Origin: Candidatus Multiplicimicrobium inquinatum
Lineage (GTDB): Bacteria; Omnitrophota; Omnitrophia; Omnitrophales; Aquincolibacteriaceae
DNA length: 62,604 nt
Reading direction: 5' to 3'
Assembly (NCBI GenBank): GCA_002344825.1
Contig: DDUN01000034.1
Span: 15,171-77,774 of the forward strand
This document shows, one piece after another, positions 24,101 to 32,089 of this stretch. The first letter of the stretch is position 1, and every line of letters starts with the position of its first letter. A program made the translations under genes and the position numbers. The notes beneath the pieces were generated by a model. It was not told the DNA's origin. It saw only the letters and a program-made list of their open reading frames with translations, and did no database searches.

Positions 24101-27013
24101 TTCAGGCAAAAGAATTTTTACACTTTCAGATTGTGCCAGCGGGGCTTCTTTACTTAAGGATTTTTTTTCACCTGCCTGAATTAAGGCTTCAGCCCACAAA
24201 AGAGCTCCATTTTGAAACCCCTCTTTAAAATCTGTCCCTGTTTTTTCGCCCAAAATGATTTTTATGCGCCCATAACGCAATAAAAAATCAGGAATTTCTG
24301 CCTGAAGCAGCTGCGCTTCTATTTCCCCCAAATTAAGCCGGCGGATCATTTCAGCGGACATCTCTTTCTCAGCGAAAGAAAGTGCCTGGCGCCAATTTTC
24401 TATTTCATCGGGAGAACTCGGAAGATCTATTTGCCGTCCGGTTTTGCCCCCCTCTTGAATCAGTCGATTGTGCTCTCCCAGCAAATCAAAAACAGAGAAA
24501 CTATTTTTTTTATCGTTAACACCCGCTGCGCTCAAAGCGGCCAACGAAAAAATTAAATTCTGCCACAAATCTCTTTTTTCAACTAAAACCTGAGAATCTA
24601 AAAAACGCGGCACAAAATTATCTTCAACTATCCGATTTGTGAACCGCTTGGCAACGCGTTCCGCAACCGCCGCGGCATGCACTCCCTGACTGTGAATGAG
24701 GCTCATCCCGCTCAAATATTCTTCCCAGTAAATAAGCATCATAGCCCGCACCGCCGCGGAGCGATCTTTCCAGTTAGTCGAAAAGCGGATAATTTCAACC
24801 CTGCCGTTTTCATACTTGAAATCAAGCGCCATTCCCGCGGAAGAAATTTTTTGAATTTCATCCGTATTTTTCAAACGCAAAGATTCGGCAAAAACCTCAA
24901 GACGAAGAGCAAGGGCCCGCTTAAATTTTTCGATCTCTTCCAATGCTTTAAAATCACCTGCCCAAGTTATGCGCGCCAAATCGTCATCGCCCCTTAATTC
25001 GGAGCGGGCGGGTAAACTTCTTTTCCAATTTGGCAAAGCCGCTTCAGGAGAGCTCCCGCCTCTTCGAATCCAAACTTCACGGCCGTCAAACCGCATCATT
25101 GACGCGCCTTTTCCTGCCCGCGTTTTAGCGTGAGGCCCCGCTGAGGTTAAAAGCGGTGTTTGCCCCTCTGTTCCCAAAAACCAGAAAACAGTATCTTGTC
25201 CATCGGGTGAAATCCAAACCCGCGACCGATCTGAAAACGAATCAAGTTCTCTTAGCGCGGCAATCGCTGTATCGGACAAAACAAACGCGGATGATGTTAA
25301 AATTTGCTCAGTTTCCACCGGACGGCCGGAAAGCGCCGCCGCGGTGCCGGAAAGCAGCGCATAAAGCGTTTCCGGAAAATTTTTCTCCATTCGCCGGGGA
25401 GTCTGCAGCTGCAATTGCGAATGCGATTTGAATTGCGCGTCTTCTAAGTTTTCAGGTCTAACCCATTCCAGCTTAGAAAGCTGAGAGCTCATTCGTTTTT
25501 CGTAAATGGTCTGATACTTTGAAAAATCAGTGGTTTTAATTTTGGGGCGCACCACTTCATAACTGATTCCTTGCTCACGCAAAACACGCAAAAGACCGGC
25601 CGTATGAAATCCACCGATTACAAGTGCGCCCACCTTCTGATTCTCTTTCTTCAGTTCGCTTATGAAGTTTTGAGCCAACGCTTCATCACGGCGCATCGCG
25701 ATATGATAAAAACTCATCGCGGCAGTCATAGTTTCCGACAAAACTTTTTTCTCATCCGAGCTAAATACAGTTTGATTCGCTTTCCCCAATGCTTCCGCTT
25801 TAAACTCATCGCGACGCGAAAGAAACTCCTCATAATCTGAGGCCGTTAAACTGAGCATCACCAAAGAACGGGAAATATCAAGATTCTCAAGACGCCGGAC
25901 AATTTCTTTCTGACCGCTTTCCGGGCAGGCTTTTTCGGTTAACTCTTTTTCAAGCCTTGCGACTTCATCGAAAAGCCCTGTTCCTACCCGGCGCATAAGA
26001 TAGGCCGCCTTCAAAGCCGAGACAGTAACCGGGTAGTTTTTAAGCGCCGTAGGGCTTTCCTTCCAAAGTAAAACTTCTGTTTTAAGATCCGCATCAAGCG
26101 ATTCTCCGCGTAAAACTTTCTCACCATATTCCGCCAGCTTGAGTCCAAGCGCCCCCTTTTTCTTTAAACCACGAATTTCACTTTCCATGATTTCCGGGTT
26201 TACTTGATCCGAAAGCTCATGCGCTTTGCGCCAAAAGTCAAACGCCGGATAACGCCCCGTCAAACGATTATCCAATCGCATACTTTGAAGATTCAAAAGA
26301 TGCTTTTGCCAGTCTCCGTTTTCATGAGCCTGACGGGCGTGTTTTCTGAAACGCAAATATTCCACCGGTAAAATCTTCAGAGCTTCTTCTTCCGTTCGGC
26401 TGCGTACGGTATTCAGTATCTTCAGCGCATCATCACGTTCGTTTACAACTTTGAGAAAAGCAACACGGTCCGATTCGTAAAGCCCCATATCTTCAACTCC
26501 GCGAAGCTTAAGCGAGGGATGCTTTGTCATCTGTAAATATTCAGGCCCGCCGATCACAGCTTCTTCAAGCAAAGTTTCGGCAAGCATCGTACGGGCCGCA
26601 CGGTTGGGAAACGCAGCAACCGCGGAATGCGGTAAATCACCTTTGGCTCCCTCAAGACCGACGAACTGAAGTCCTAAGCGGGAAACCCAAAAATCAATAA
26701 TCTTGGCGGCAGATTTCTGAGCTTCAGGAAGCGCGTGAGCGTCCTGAACAATCAGGGCGCGGAAAGGGGCCTTACCGGAAAAAGATTCAACCCGCTCCCC
26801 CATTTGCGAAGGAACCTGAGGGGGATTAACCCAATTCATATCATTCAAAAGGAGCAAATCAGGATGGTTCGAAAAAATAGGGTCAGCTTGTTTTACGGAC
26901 GCGGTTCTTGCAGAAAACCATTCCGCGGCGGGCATACTCCATACCGACTCCGCAAAAAAAACGGGCAGCAGCAATAAAGCGACAAACCTAAAAAATGTCT
27001 TCCCTTCCCCCAT
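18161..27013 (-). CDS. Giant multidomain membrane protein B (about 2,950 aa; the ORF stays open upstream to 27313)
   Basis: The track ORF is 18161..27313. The likely start is the ATG at 27013, which gives MGEGKTFFRFVALLLLPVFFAESVWS (signal-like) and is preceded by a G-rich stretch. The N-terminal module is paralogous to giant A: IVQDAH (His 26735..26737) and IGGFHT (His 25604..25606). A central TM block contains LNEWGHLIAS, which resembles a degenerate M50B-like HExxH. A class-II (Ntn) glutamine amidotransferase-like region begins at AACGNTS (Cys codon 23159..23161) and contains GAHPHGW and GHNGDFNDL. An SIS-like motif VVAIASSGSGQ lies near 20800..20840. Further TM blocks follow, and RSE-x-R motifs occur near the C-terminus. 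Confidence 0.85.
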   Translation of the reverse strand: MGEGKTFFRFVALLLLPVFFAESVWSMPAAEWFSARTASVKQADPIFSNHPDLLLLNDMNWVNPPQVPSQMGERVESFSGKAPFRALIVQDAHALPEAQKSAAKIIDFWVSRLGLQFVGLEGAKGDLPHSAVAAFPNRAARTMLAETLLEEAVIGGPEYLQMTKHPSLKLRGVEDMGLYESDRVAFLKVVNERDDALKILNTVRSRTEEEALKILPVEYLRFRKHARQAHENGDWQKHLLNLQSMRLDNRLTGRYPAFDFWRKAHELSDQVNPEIMESEIRGLKKKGALGLKLAEYGEKVLRGESLDADLKTEVLLWKESPTALKNYPVTVSALKAAYLMRRVGTGLFDEVARLEKELTEKACPESGQKEIVRRLENLDISRSLVMLSLTASDYEEFLSRRDEFKAEALGKANQTVFSSDEKKVLSETMTAAMSFYHIAMRRDEALAQNFISELKKENQKVGALVIGGFHTAGLLRVLREQGISYEVVRPKIKTTDFSKYQTIYEKRMSSQLSKLEWVRPENLEDAQFKSHSQLQLQTPRRMEKNFPETLYALLSGTAAALSGRPVETEQILTSSAFVLSDTAIAALRELDSFSDRSRVWISPDGQDTVFWFLGTEGQTPLLTSAGPHAKTRAGKGASMMRFDGREVWIRRGGSSPEAALPNWKRSLPARSELRGDDDLARITWAGDFKALEEIEKFKRALALRLEVFAESLRLKNTDEIQKISSAGMALDFKYENGRVEIIRFSTNWKDRSAAVRAMMLIYWEEYLSGMSLIHSQGVHAAAVAERVAKRFTNRIVEDNFVPRFLDSQVLVEKRDLWQNLIFSLAALSAAGVNDKKNSFSVFDLLGEHNRLIQEGGKTGRQIDLPSSPDEIENWRQALSFAEKEMSAEMIRRLNLGEIEAQLLQAEIPDFLLRYGRIKIILGEKTGTDFKEGFQNGALLWAEALIQAGEKKSLSKEAPLAQSESVKILLPEIVEEAPVLPHKTILTEAERGGSLEAGRWFEGLPDLAVIKTWGGDEGFEKLEEISKRLSKIQNLNPEGFGAGALEYWEAVVARMKHIRQGVPDTIPVELDEKVTDDGLNTAELDTEPVFSGKTSSWTFPVFEIVLTVAVVSFLSLPFLGMTLPVVLGLDLAAALSTSGLTAAAGALLLISLRAGYLAGMMLNEWGHLIASAFMGKVKTIKNFHNWTGNRNIFRLLAGLMPFTPMPSAYVQLDQSETKGVGAVRIAGFVLGVMAFAALVIFFGKTLLLFIPIMFFYTGVSGGILAKIAASISDIFNPPSEDWLAACGNTSIMGFVKKPADLDKYLARLKESIIVTEKRGKIAIGFFAIMEDLNGNQEIVHEKYYIDSRQTAADVFENQFKPLVLKRARAMKIPFYIHIGDHLRFPTAGAKKGDFSITAIENGAHPHGWVGQRESKVLTGTAKGFEYIVKKVYVVLGHNGDFNDLVKTFSERIRAFFSRRQKEALEIELDGKAYSNQQIAWVLKRIKGIYNPTTGDSPKLSGVQDLVYVQGRWEDTVQFAHYASVAPDLEYYFGGFIPKNDAEEAQAPNHALKPGEVKVLAAFLEQAFAQAGGMDKIRGLTDLADISDEDLGGLQEKILTQMNQASGSAQALFKQMGEKESAQFIETAVYAFLRHNLLNSWIYISKNVRGSAGVNAYSSLQPRTKISFSLGQNITLGFGKKNGMVQVGSNSEANAGRVDGYEFLLDLNGLGEVAEVTHDGETIGIKVYSLTLKDENGASGRFLTQDEIYARLRPAKPIEVSQNKDPAQLELNSIPAYLKVIRDEFKDPRDLRRPKMPPYTAEKHNFFVMLEIIKVILAGPIGRLIMRQSRVGIESGLGDDVFMKWAEVKMESFLADLGLVNATEEQKKSARQILVAAFRRDISNLIVNPDVVKSVLKPFALEIAGRHLNSSHNQESISQETIRNAVTEFSIKLLSEYDLSDYRDLAAANLLKSQEPLLNALKENRLDFQLIQSFLPQADEEPHHSYDAVFFGKEKNEQILKMIEKILKKVYPHFQTRVYDSNEIDREANAHLRDKEDASKLLPPGEMDVEGFKEQLSLTNPFVVAIASSGSGQHFNSSTGALMLARVIEELFVATADEHSQMSRAVGLERTLIIRTEWSPTELGMGAYASTRATFMELVSSAVRSLPSQIAGRPIFGSEFTDDDINFLEKEWDHFIDQTAPAVLGQKSDDENTHTNLVKAGKSFGRRISESTVSLAAAWVYIGLTVAGKVPSLFAVLHGLGGYVSAVLALSPVTLFLAIFTVIAITAWSIAVYQSTQRHAFSGKTRDYQKAAVWTFSLTFFAAQIFFLPGLGDALFYMFFAFPIFTLGYRWLVSLRDGNTRSFFDRGGMKFFSFVGVQEEVGKILETVFRKSFSQSYGINGAHAEATSADRMLDDQIGGNRAWINLGFLNKSGVPALADDLDALQMVFKQLITILSQVLFPYSYLFGLSLVGAHNVLIGDEGSKSEKASQQHITISTATKGDISKRRLAQQLFGLALDDFRLVLSGYVLIHSIAAYTARPVWYRPWSYIVKFNPNNTRSGAGTHTTASPRSADHLLPHLQVMDSILRPIRIEGLEPKRIEPPDYMHFPDPNRKGPPAQSAPRMKKNPRLDAMDRAIQEAQAALEKAQREFIQEKERQFAEVEKEVRFEGGRISAKPEIQYATAEFIRRELDSRGLNGMEPEIAEPYRQKLVSLSAALHSDENAYGEKIKPDEMADFFDRYRSQPKEFVKAVAYQLFSRSEVRQVSLAERSEVKGAGLLSGLQAQDAMRSGIKADQMRSEMRELMALPKRTLQEASSRILGNQISDSGVVIFERPYDPKWIRRFMAKMPAGVRIVMRAPAENVIDRALYSRELAAEIRRGIFSFEFSEASSESWMRNYLGAEFDPTNVIQVESPEKPSEADDEMLLLSAPMAAGHVLVLGQPQRLNLPGMRWIQISAWISQLYDVVKVTQTSA

Positions 27014-27532
27014 AAAGCCCCCCCAGGCTATAACTTCAGACGCGGTTAAATAAACTGCGCCGGATTTTTCATCACAGACTGAATATCCTGACTTGTTGCT
27101 CCGAACCGGCATGCCAACCCCAAAGCGTCTCTTGCTTGTTCGTAGCGTTCGTCCAGCAAGCACTTCCCAAACTGTTGAAGAGCCGTTGTTTTTAAAAAAG
27201 ATTTGAGTCCTAAAATCCGGTGAGAATGTTTCATCTTCATTAAGCACCTCCTTAGCTACAAACTTTTTAAAACAATTTACTTCCTGTTTAATAATAAGCA
27301 TAGACCATGCCAACTTTTAAAATTTCTATAAGTTGTTTTATAGTAATAATTTAAGATAAATAACAAAAATGGAATGGCACAAAAACTACAAGTATCCTTG
27401 GCTAAAATTTTCATTTTTGATGAAAAGAAGGAATGCAGGCAGGAGGTTAAAACCAAGAAATGCTAGAAAAAGATAGAAAGTGCTTTGCGGATTATGAATT
27501 CAATTTTGTGATGAGAACACGGAACAGGGCAA

Positions 27533-27566
27533 TAAAAAAGCCCCGCATCGCTTTCGATGCAGGGCT
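27533..27566 (-). terminator. Rho-independent terminator downstream of the helicase gene
   Basis: An 11-bp stem (27540..27550 pairs with 27555..27565) with a 4-nt loop. The single C/A mismatch becomes a G-U pair on the minus strand. The stem is followed on the minus strand by U6 (A-run at 27534..27539). Confidence 0.7.
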
Positions 27567-27593
27567 CAAAATTTTTTAAATTATTTTAGGCGA

Positions 27594-28922
27594 TCAGCGT
27601 CTTCCGCCCCCGCCGCTGCGGCGCGGCCCAAAAGAACGGCCCCCGCCAAACCCTCCGCCTCCACGACGTCCGCCGCCGAAGCCTCCGCGTCCTCCGCCAA
27701 ATCCGCCGCGTGAGCGCGGATTCAAACGGCTTCCCGAAGGAGCACTGCGGTCCGGAAATTTACCGGATGGAACATCCGGATGTTCAACGACGGCGAGCTG
27801 CTGTTTAATCAGACGCTCGATACGAGCGACTTCCATATACTGATCCGGCATCGCAAGTGTCACGGCACGGCCATGATGTCCTGCGCGTCCCGTTCTTCCG
27901 ATACGGTGAACATAATTATCCAGATCATCCGGAAGATCATAATTCACAACAAGTTCAATCGCCGTTACGTCAATACCGCGCGATGCGATATCGGTTGCGA
28001 CAAGCACGCGATACTTCCCTGTTTTAAAACCATCCAAAGCTTCACGGCGTTGTCCAAGCGTACGGTCCGAATGGATTTGCGCCACGTTAATTCCGGCATG
28101 ATGTAATCCGCGCGCAATTTTCACCGCGCCGATTTTTGTTCTGGAGAAAATCAAAACACTGCCCTTGGAAGTTTCAAGAAGCTTCACGAGCAAACCGTTT
28201 TTGTTTTCTTTGCTGACGATATACAGTTCCTGAGTAACAAGATCCGAAGTCGTTCCGGGCTTTGCGATTTCCACATAAGCCGGAAGGTTCAGATAAGTCG
28301 ACGCAAGCTGCATGATTTTCGGCGGCATGGTTGCCGAGAAAAGCATCGTCTGGCGTTCTTTCGGAATCATCTTCAAAACCTGACGGATTTGAGGCTCGAA
28401 ACCCATGTCAAACATGCGGTCCGCTTCGTCGAGAACTAAAACTTTTACATCGTCGAGACGCACTGTGCGCTGTTCCATGTGGTCAAGCAAGCGGCCCGGC
28501 GTGGCAATAATGATATTGGCACCGCGCCGTAACGACTGAACCTGCATGTGCATGGAAGCTCCACCGATCAAAAGCGCCGTACGCATATTGAACTTCGGTG
28601 TCAGTTTATGAAGAGTCTCTTCAACCTGAGCGGCAAGTTCGCGAGTCGGAACAATCACAAGTCCCTTCCCTTTTAAAGCCGCGAGGCGCTGAACCATCGG
28701 AATAGCGAAGGCCAGGGTTTTACCCGTGCCGGTTTGCGCGATACCGATCAAGTCTTTTCCTTCGATCGCAGCCGGCAATGCCTGGTGCTGAATCGGGGTC
28801 GGATGTTTGAAGTTCAGTTTATCAAGAATATCGAGAATCATCGGCGCAATACCGAGACCGTCAAAAGAATGCTGCTGGATAACCGGAACAGCAATATCCG
28901 GTGTTTTGTTTGTTGTAGTCAT
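27594..28922 (-). CDS. DEAD-box ATP-dependent RNA helicase with an RGG-rich C-terminal tail
   Basis: 442-aa ORF with AQTGTGKT, DEAD, SAT and HRIGRTGR motifs and a Gly/Arg-rich tail. Confidence 0.95.
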   Translation of the reverse strand: MTTTNKTPDIAVPVIQQHSFDGLGIAPMILDILDKLNFKHPTPIQHQALPAAIEGKDLIGIAQTGTGKTLAFAIPMVQRLAALKGKGLVIVPTRELAAQVEETLHKLTPKFNMRTALLIGGASMHMQVQSLRRGANIIIATPGRLLDHMEQRTVRLDDVKVLVLDEADRMFDMGFEPQIRQVLKMIPKERQTMLFSATMPPKIMQLASTYLNLPAYVEIAKPGTTSDLVTQELYIVSKENKNGLLVKLLETSKGSVLIFSRTKIGAVKIARGLHHAGINVAQIHSDRTLGQRREALDGFKTGKYRVLVATDIASRGIDVTAIELVVNYDLPDDLDNYVHRIGRTGRAGHHGRAVTLAMPDQYMEVARIERLIKQQLAVVEHPDVPSGKFPDRSAPSGSRLNPRSRGGFGGGRGGFGGGRRGGGGFGGGRSFGPRRSGGGGRR

Positions 28923-29132
28923 AGGTTCGTTGTATAGGGACGTATTTGTCCGCTATGGATTTTCCTTGTTTTCTTATAGTTAAATTAAACGCTAAGTTTC
29001 AATTTTAACGACCGATTGAAACGGAGCCTTTACCCTGATGGAATCAGGAGGAGGGTTAATGCTATCTCGACAGCAGGAATTTACGGCTCAAAAGTACAAG
29101 TCCGCTTAAAACCGGCAGCACTGCGTACGCGG

Positions 29133-29282
29133 TTAGTAAATCGCGGTGCCTTTGCGGGAGCCGAATCGGTTTTTCAGCGCTACAAGGCGGGCTAACGTGA
29201 GGTTTTTACCGAATATAAACAATCCGGTTTTCATCAAACCAAATATCAGCAGCAGAATGCCCAGATAAAAATTAAAACTCAT
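29133..29282 (-). CDS. Truncated paralog (49 aa) of the adjacent small membrane protein
   Basis: Unlisted. Product MSFNFYLGILLLIFGLMKTGLFIFGKNLTLARLVALKNRFGSRKGTAIY aligns along its whole length with the first 49 aa of the 29348..29569 product. Confidence 0.35.
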   Translation of the reverse strand: MSFNFYLGILLLIFGLMKTGLFIFGKNLTLARLVALKNRFGSRKGTAIY

Positions 29283-29347
29283 TCGCCGACATTATACCAG
29301 TTAACCCCCAAAGCATGGCATTAAAAATGCCTCTTTTTTTTACCGGG

Positions 29348-29569
29348 TTAATGAAGCAAGCGGTATTCGCGGAATAGAATCGCGATACCAAACACAATCG
29401 GCAGCGCGGCGTAAACAAAAAGATAAATCCAAGTCCCCTTACGGCTGCCGAAGCGGGCTTTCAGAGCTTCCAAACGCGAAAGTTTTAAATTTTTTCCAAA
29501 GAGATACATGCCGATTTTCATAATTCCAAAAATGAGCAGCAAGTTTCCGAGAAACAAATTAACAGTCAT
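29348..29569 (-). CDS. Small two-TM membrane protein, hypothetical
   Basis: 73-aa ORF with two hydrophobic helices. It sits 8 nt upstream of the transporter gene start region, and a tandem truncated paralog lies downstream. Confidence 0.5.
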   Translation of the reverse strand: MTVNLFLGNLLLIFGIMKIGMYLFGKNLKLSRLEALKARFGSRKGTWIYLFVYAALPIVFGIAILFREYRLLH

Positions 29570-29579
29570 TTACATCTCC

Positions 29580-31247
29580 CTATTTCATCAGAAAAAGAAT
29601 CAGCAATTCCGCGGCAACAACGCGTAAAATCATCACTAAAGGATAAACCGCCGCGTAGGAAACAATCGGCGCGCTCGAAGCGGCCATTTGATTCGCGTAA
29701 GCTAAAGTTGAAGGGCTTGTATAACAGCCGGCCAGCAGCCCGCACATCGACAGATAATTCATTTTCATTTTTAGCCGCATAAAAAAAGCAGTCAGCATCA
29801 GCGGAACAAGGGTAATCACGGCTCCACAGCCGAGCCACAAAAGCCCCGGTCCGGAAGAAAATGTTTCGACTAACTTGTCGCCCGAACGTAATCCCACACA
29901 AGCCAAGAAAAGCGCGATCCCGATTTCGCGCAGCATCAAACTTCCGCTGGCGGGCAAATACCAAACCAACGGTCCGATTTTACCGATATGGCTTAAAAGC
30001 AGCGCTGCAATTAAAACTCCTCCGGCTAAACCGATTTTAAGCGGCGCGGGAATTCCCGGAATTTGCAGCGGCAAACTCCCCAACAAAACACCCAAAGCCA
30101 AGCAAACAAAAGCAGGTATCAAATGAGGATGATCTAAAACTTTGGGGTGATCACCAAGCATTCCGCGAAATTTTTTCAAATCGTCCTCATGTCCGACCAC
30201 GCTCAAAATATCGCCAAAAGCAATCTTCACGTTTCCGGTGCCCGGAAATTCTAACTCGCCGCGCCGAGCACGGGTAATCGTAACGCCATAGTGAGGCGCA
30301 TCAAGCTCACTGATTGTTTTTCCGGACAATTCCGTCTGAGTAACGACCATGCGGCGCATTTGCACCGAGCTGTCGGGGTGTTTTGCGAAATCCGTTTGCG
30401 CGCCGATCGCAAAACATAAAGCCTCCAATTGAGGCTTGGTTCCGACAGCGCGGACCATGTCTCCCGTATGAATCATCGTCTTAGGCAAGGCCACGCGAAC
30501 TTTTCCCTCATGCACCACGCGGGAGATAATCACATCGCGAAAAGGCAAAATCTCACGGATGCGCATACCGTTTAAATCCGAATTTTCGATTTTTAAATCA
30601 ACCGTTTCAAGCTGGGGATTTTCTTTTAAATGCACCGTTTGATAAGCTTCCGCCTCCACGGAAGGATCGACGCGGCAAAACAAACGAACCGTCACAAAAG
30701 TGATAATCACGCCCAAAATACCGAAAGGATAGGCCACGGCATAACCTAAACCGGGCATTTTAATCATTTCCTCCGTCACGCCCTCAATCCCTTTGAGAAG
30801 CTGTTGCCCTGCCGCAAGACTGGGCGTGTTGGTTACCGCCCCGGAAAAAAGTCCGCCCGCGGCGGCGGCGGGAATATCAAAGTATTTAGCCAGTCCAAAT
30901 GCTAAAAGAGCTCCTGAAGAAACTAAAATAAACGCAATTAAATTCAGCTTCGCGCCTTCTTTGCGCAAAGATGAAAAAAAGGCAGGGCCGACCTCCACGC
31001 CGATGGTGTAAACAAAAAGCATCAAGCCGAATTCGCGGATAAACTCCGCAAGCTCAAGCGAAAAATTGATTTTAAAATGCCCGAGCAAAAGACCCGAAAA
31101 CATCACGCCCGCAACGCCAAACCGCACGCCGCGAAAATTAATTTTTCCGAAAGCCAGCCCCAGCATAATCGTCACACTTAAAACAAGAATCGCCGTAGCG
31201 GCTTCGGAAAGATGAAGAAGCTGAATGAGGTCATTAAAGAAATCCAT
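29580..31247 (-). CDS. YidE/YbjL (AAE) family transporter with two central RCK_C/TrkA-C domains
   Basis: 555-aa ORF with membrane halves at the N- and C-termini flanking two TrkA-C-like repeats (..GMRIREI..., ...GKTISELD...). The overall layout is typical of the aspartate:alanine exchanger family. Confidence 0.8.
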   Translation of the reverse strand: MDFFNDLIQLLHLSEAATAILVLSVTIMLGLAFGKINFRGVRFGVAGVMFSGLLLGHFKINFSLELAEFIREFGLMLFVYTIGVEVGPAFFSSLRKEGAKLNLIAFILVSSGALLAFGLAKYFDIPAAAAGGLFSGAVTNTPSLAAGQQLLKGIEGVTEEMIKMPGLGYAVAYPFGILGVIITFVTVRLFCRVDPSVEAEAYQTVHLKENPQLETVDLKIENSDLNGMRIREILPFRDVIISRVVHEGKVRVALPKTMIHTGDMVRAVGTKPQLEALCFAIGAQTDFAKHPDSSVQMRRMVVTQTELSGKTISELDAPHYGVTITRARRGELEFPGTGNVKIAFGDILSVVGHEDDLKKFRGMLGDHPKVLDHPHLIPAFVCLALGVLLGSLPLQIPGIPAPLKIGLAGGVLIAALLLSHIGKIGPLVWYLPASGSLMLREIGIALFLACVGLRSGDKLVETFSSGPGLLWLGCGAVITLVPLMLTAFFMRLKMKMNYLSMCGLLAGCYTSPSTLAYANQMAASSAPIVSYAAVYPLVMILRVVAAELLILFLMK

Positions 31248-31454
31248 AGGGCATTATATCAAGACTCACCCGCAAAAAGAAATGATCCCTCACTTGCCGG
31301 GCATGGCATGAAAAATGCTCCGGAGGCTACGGTAAATAAAATCGCGGACGATTTTGAAGAGACTTAAAAATAATTCGATTTTTACTTAAAATTGACTTCA
31401 ATTTTTTTTGAATTGCGCCGATGATTTTAGTGGGTAAACATCACGTCTCAACTG

Positions 31455-31808
31455 ATGAGGTTTATGGCCCATAAAAAAGCGCCCGAATGCGGTGATTGGC
31501 TCAAACTCGTTGAGTGCTTCGCGTTAAAAAAGCACGGCGAGTACGGGGAAGAAGTCGCTCAGGGTGATTTTTTTAGATTTCTCGGTCTCAGCGCTGCCGA
31601 AGGTTACGCTGAATGCTACTCCCCGCGGCTCAAAAGCCGCTTCTGGATACGCCTCGATTATCTGATGCCTATTCGCGACGCGGATTTAATCTCTCTCCTG
31701 GAACTCGAAGTTCCGGCGGAATTCAAACGTCCAGTCTCTTCGCCGTCTTCATCCGATTCCCTTTCCTGTTTCGCTGTTCAATTCCAACAAAAAACAAAGG
31801 AGACCTAA
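31455..31808 (+). CDS. Hypothetical protein (117 aa)
   Basis: Track ORF with no motif I recognise. Its TAA overlaps the ATG of the next small ORF (TAATG). Confidence 0.4.
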   Translation: MRFMAHKKAPECGDWLKLVECFALKKHGEYGEEVAQGDFFRFLGLSAAEGYAECYSPRLKSRFWIRLDYLMPIRDADLISLLELEVPAEFKRPVSSPSSSDSLSCFAVQFQQKTKET

Positions 31809-31903
31809 TGCTTCATTCCATTTTAAATGATGAAGCATCATTTAAAAACAAACACTCAGCATTGTACCGATCCCTTTCAAAAACAAACCAGAAGAGGTAC
31901 TAG
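31808..31903 (+). CDS. Possible small ORF (31 aa), translationally coupled to the upstream ORF
   Basis: The ATG at 31808 overlaps the upstream stop, and AAAGGAGA lies upstream. Product MLHSILNDEASFKNKHSALYRSLSKTNQKRY. Support is weak. Confidence 0.2.
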   Translation: MLHSILNDEASFKNKHSALYRSLSKTNQKRY

Positions 31904-31906
31904 CCT

Positions 31907-32056
31907 ATGTCCAACCGCAAACTTCCGAAGAGCTCCCTGTTCACAAAAAAGAAATATTCATTCAAGATCGCGGGCTGTCAGCAGCAGATTAAACGCACCA
32001 TCGTTTCCGTCAAAGGCGACGACGAATGGCTCAAGAAGTTTTTTTACAATAATTAA
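31907..32056 (+). CDS. Possible small basic ORF (49 aa)
   Basis: GAAGAGG lies about 10 nt upstream of the ATG. Product MSNRKLPKSSLFTKKKYSFKIAGCQQQIKRTIVSVKGDDEWLKKFFYNN. Support is weak. Confidence 0.2.
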   Translation: MSNRKLPKSSLFTKKKYSFKIAGCQQQIKRTIVSVKGDDEWLKKFFYNN

Positions 32057-32089
32057 TTAAGCGTCGAAAGAACTCCGGGACGCGCGGGC

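Noticed and set aside
27014-27313. A 100-codon N-terminal extension of giant B, as given in the ORF track.
   Set aside because: The extension has no signal or TM character and odd composition. The internal ATG at 27013 yields a canonical signal peptide that matches the giant A organisation. The extension cannot be strictly excluded without expression data.
29566-29964. A 132-aa minus-strand ORF overlapping the 3' part of the YidE-type transporter gene.
   Set aside because: It lies out of frame within a well-supported 555-aa transporter ORF, and its product is Arg/Cys-rich with no motif. I consider it spurious.
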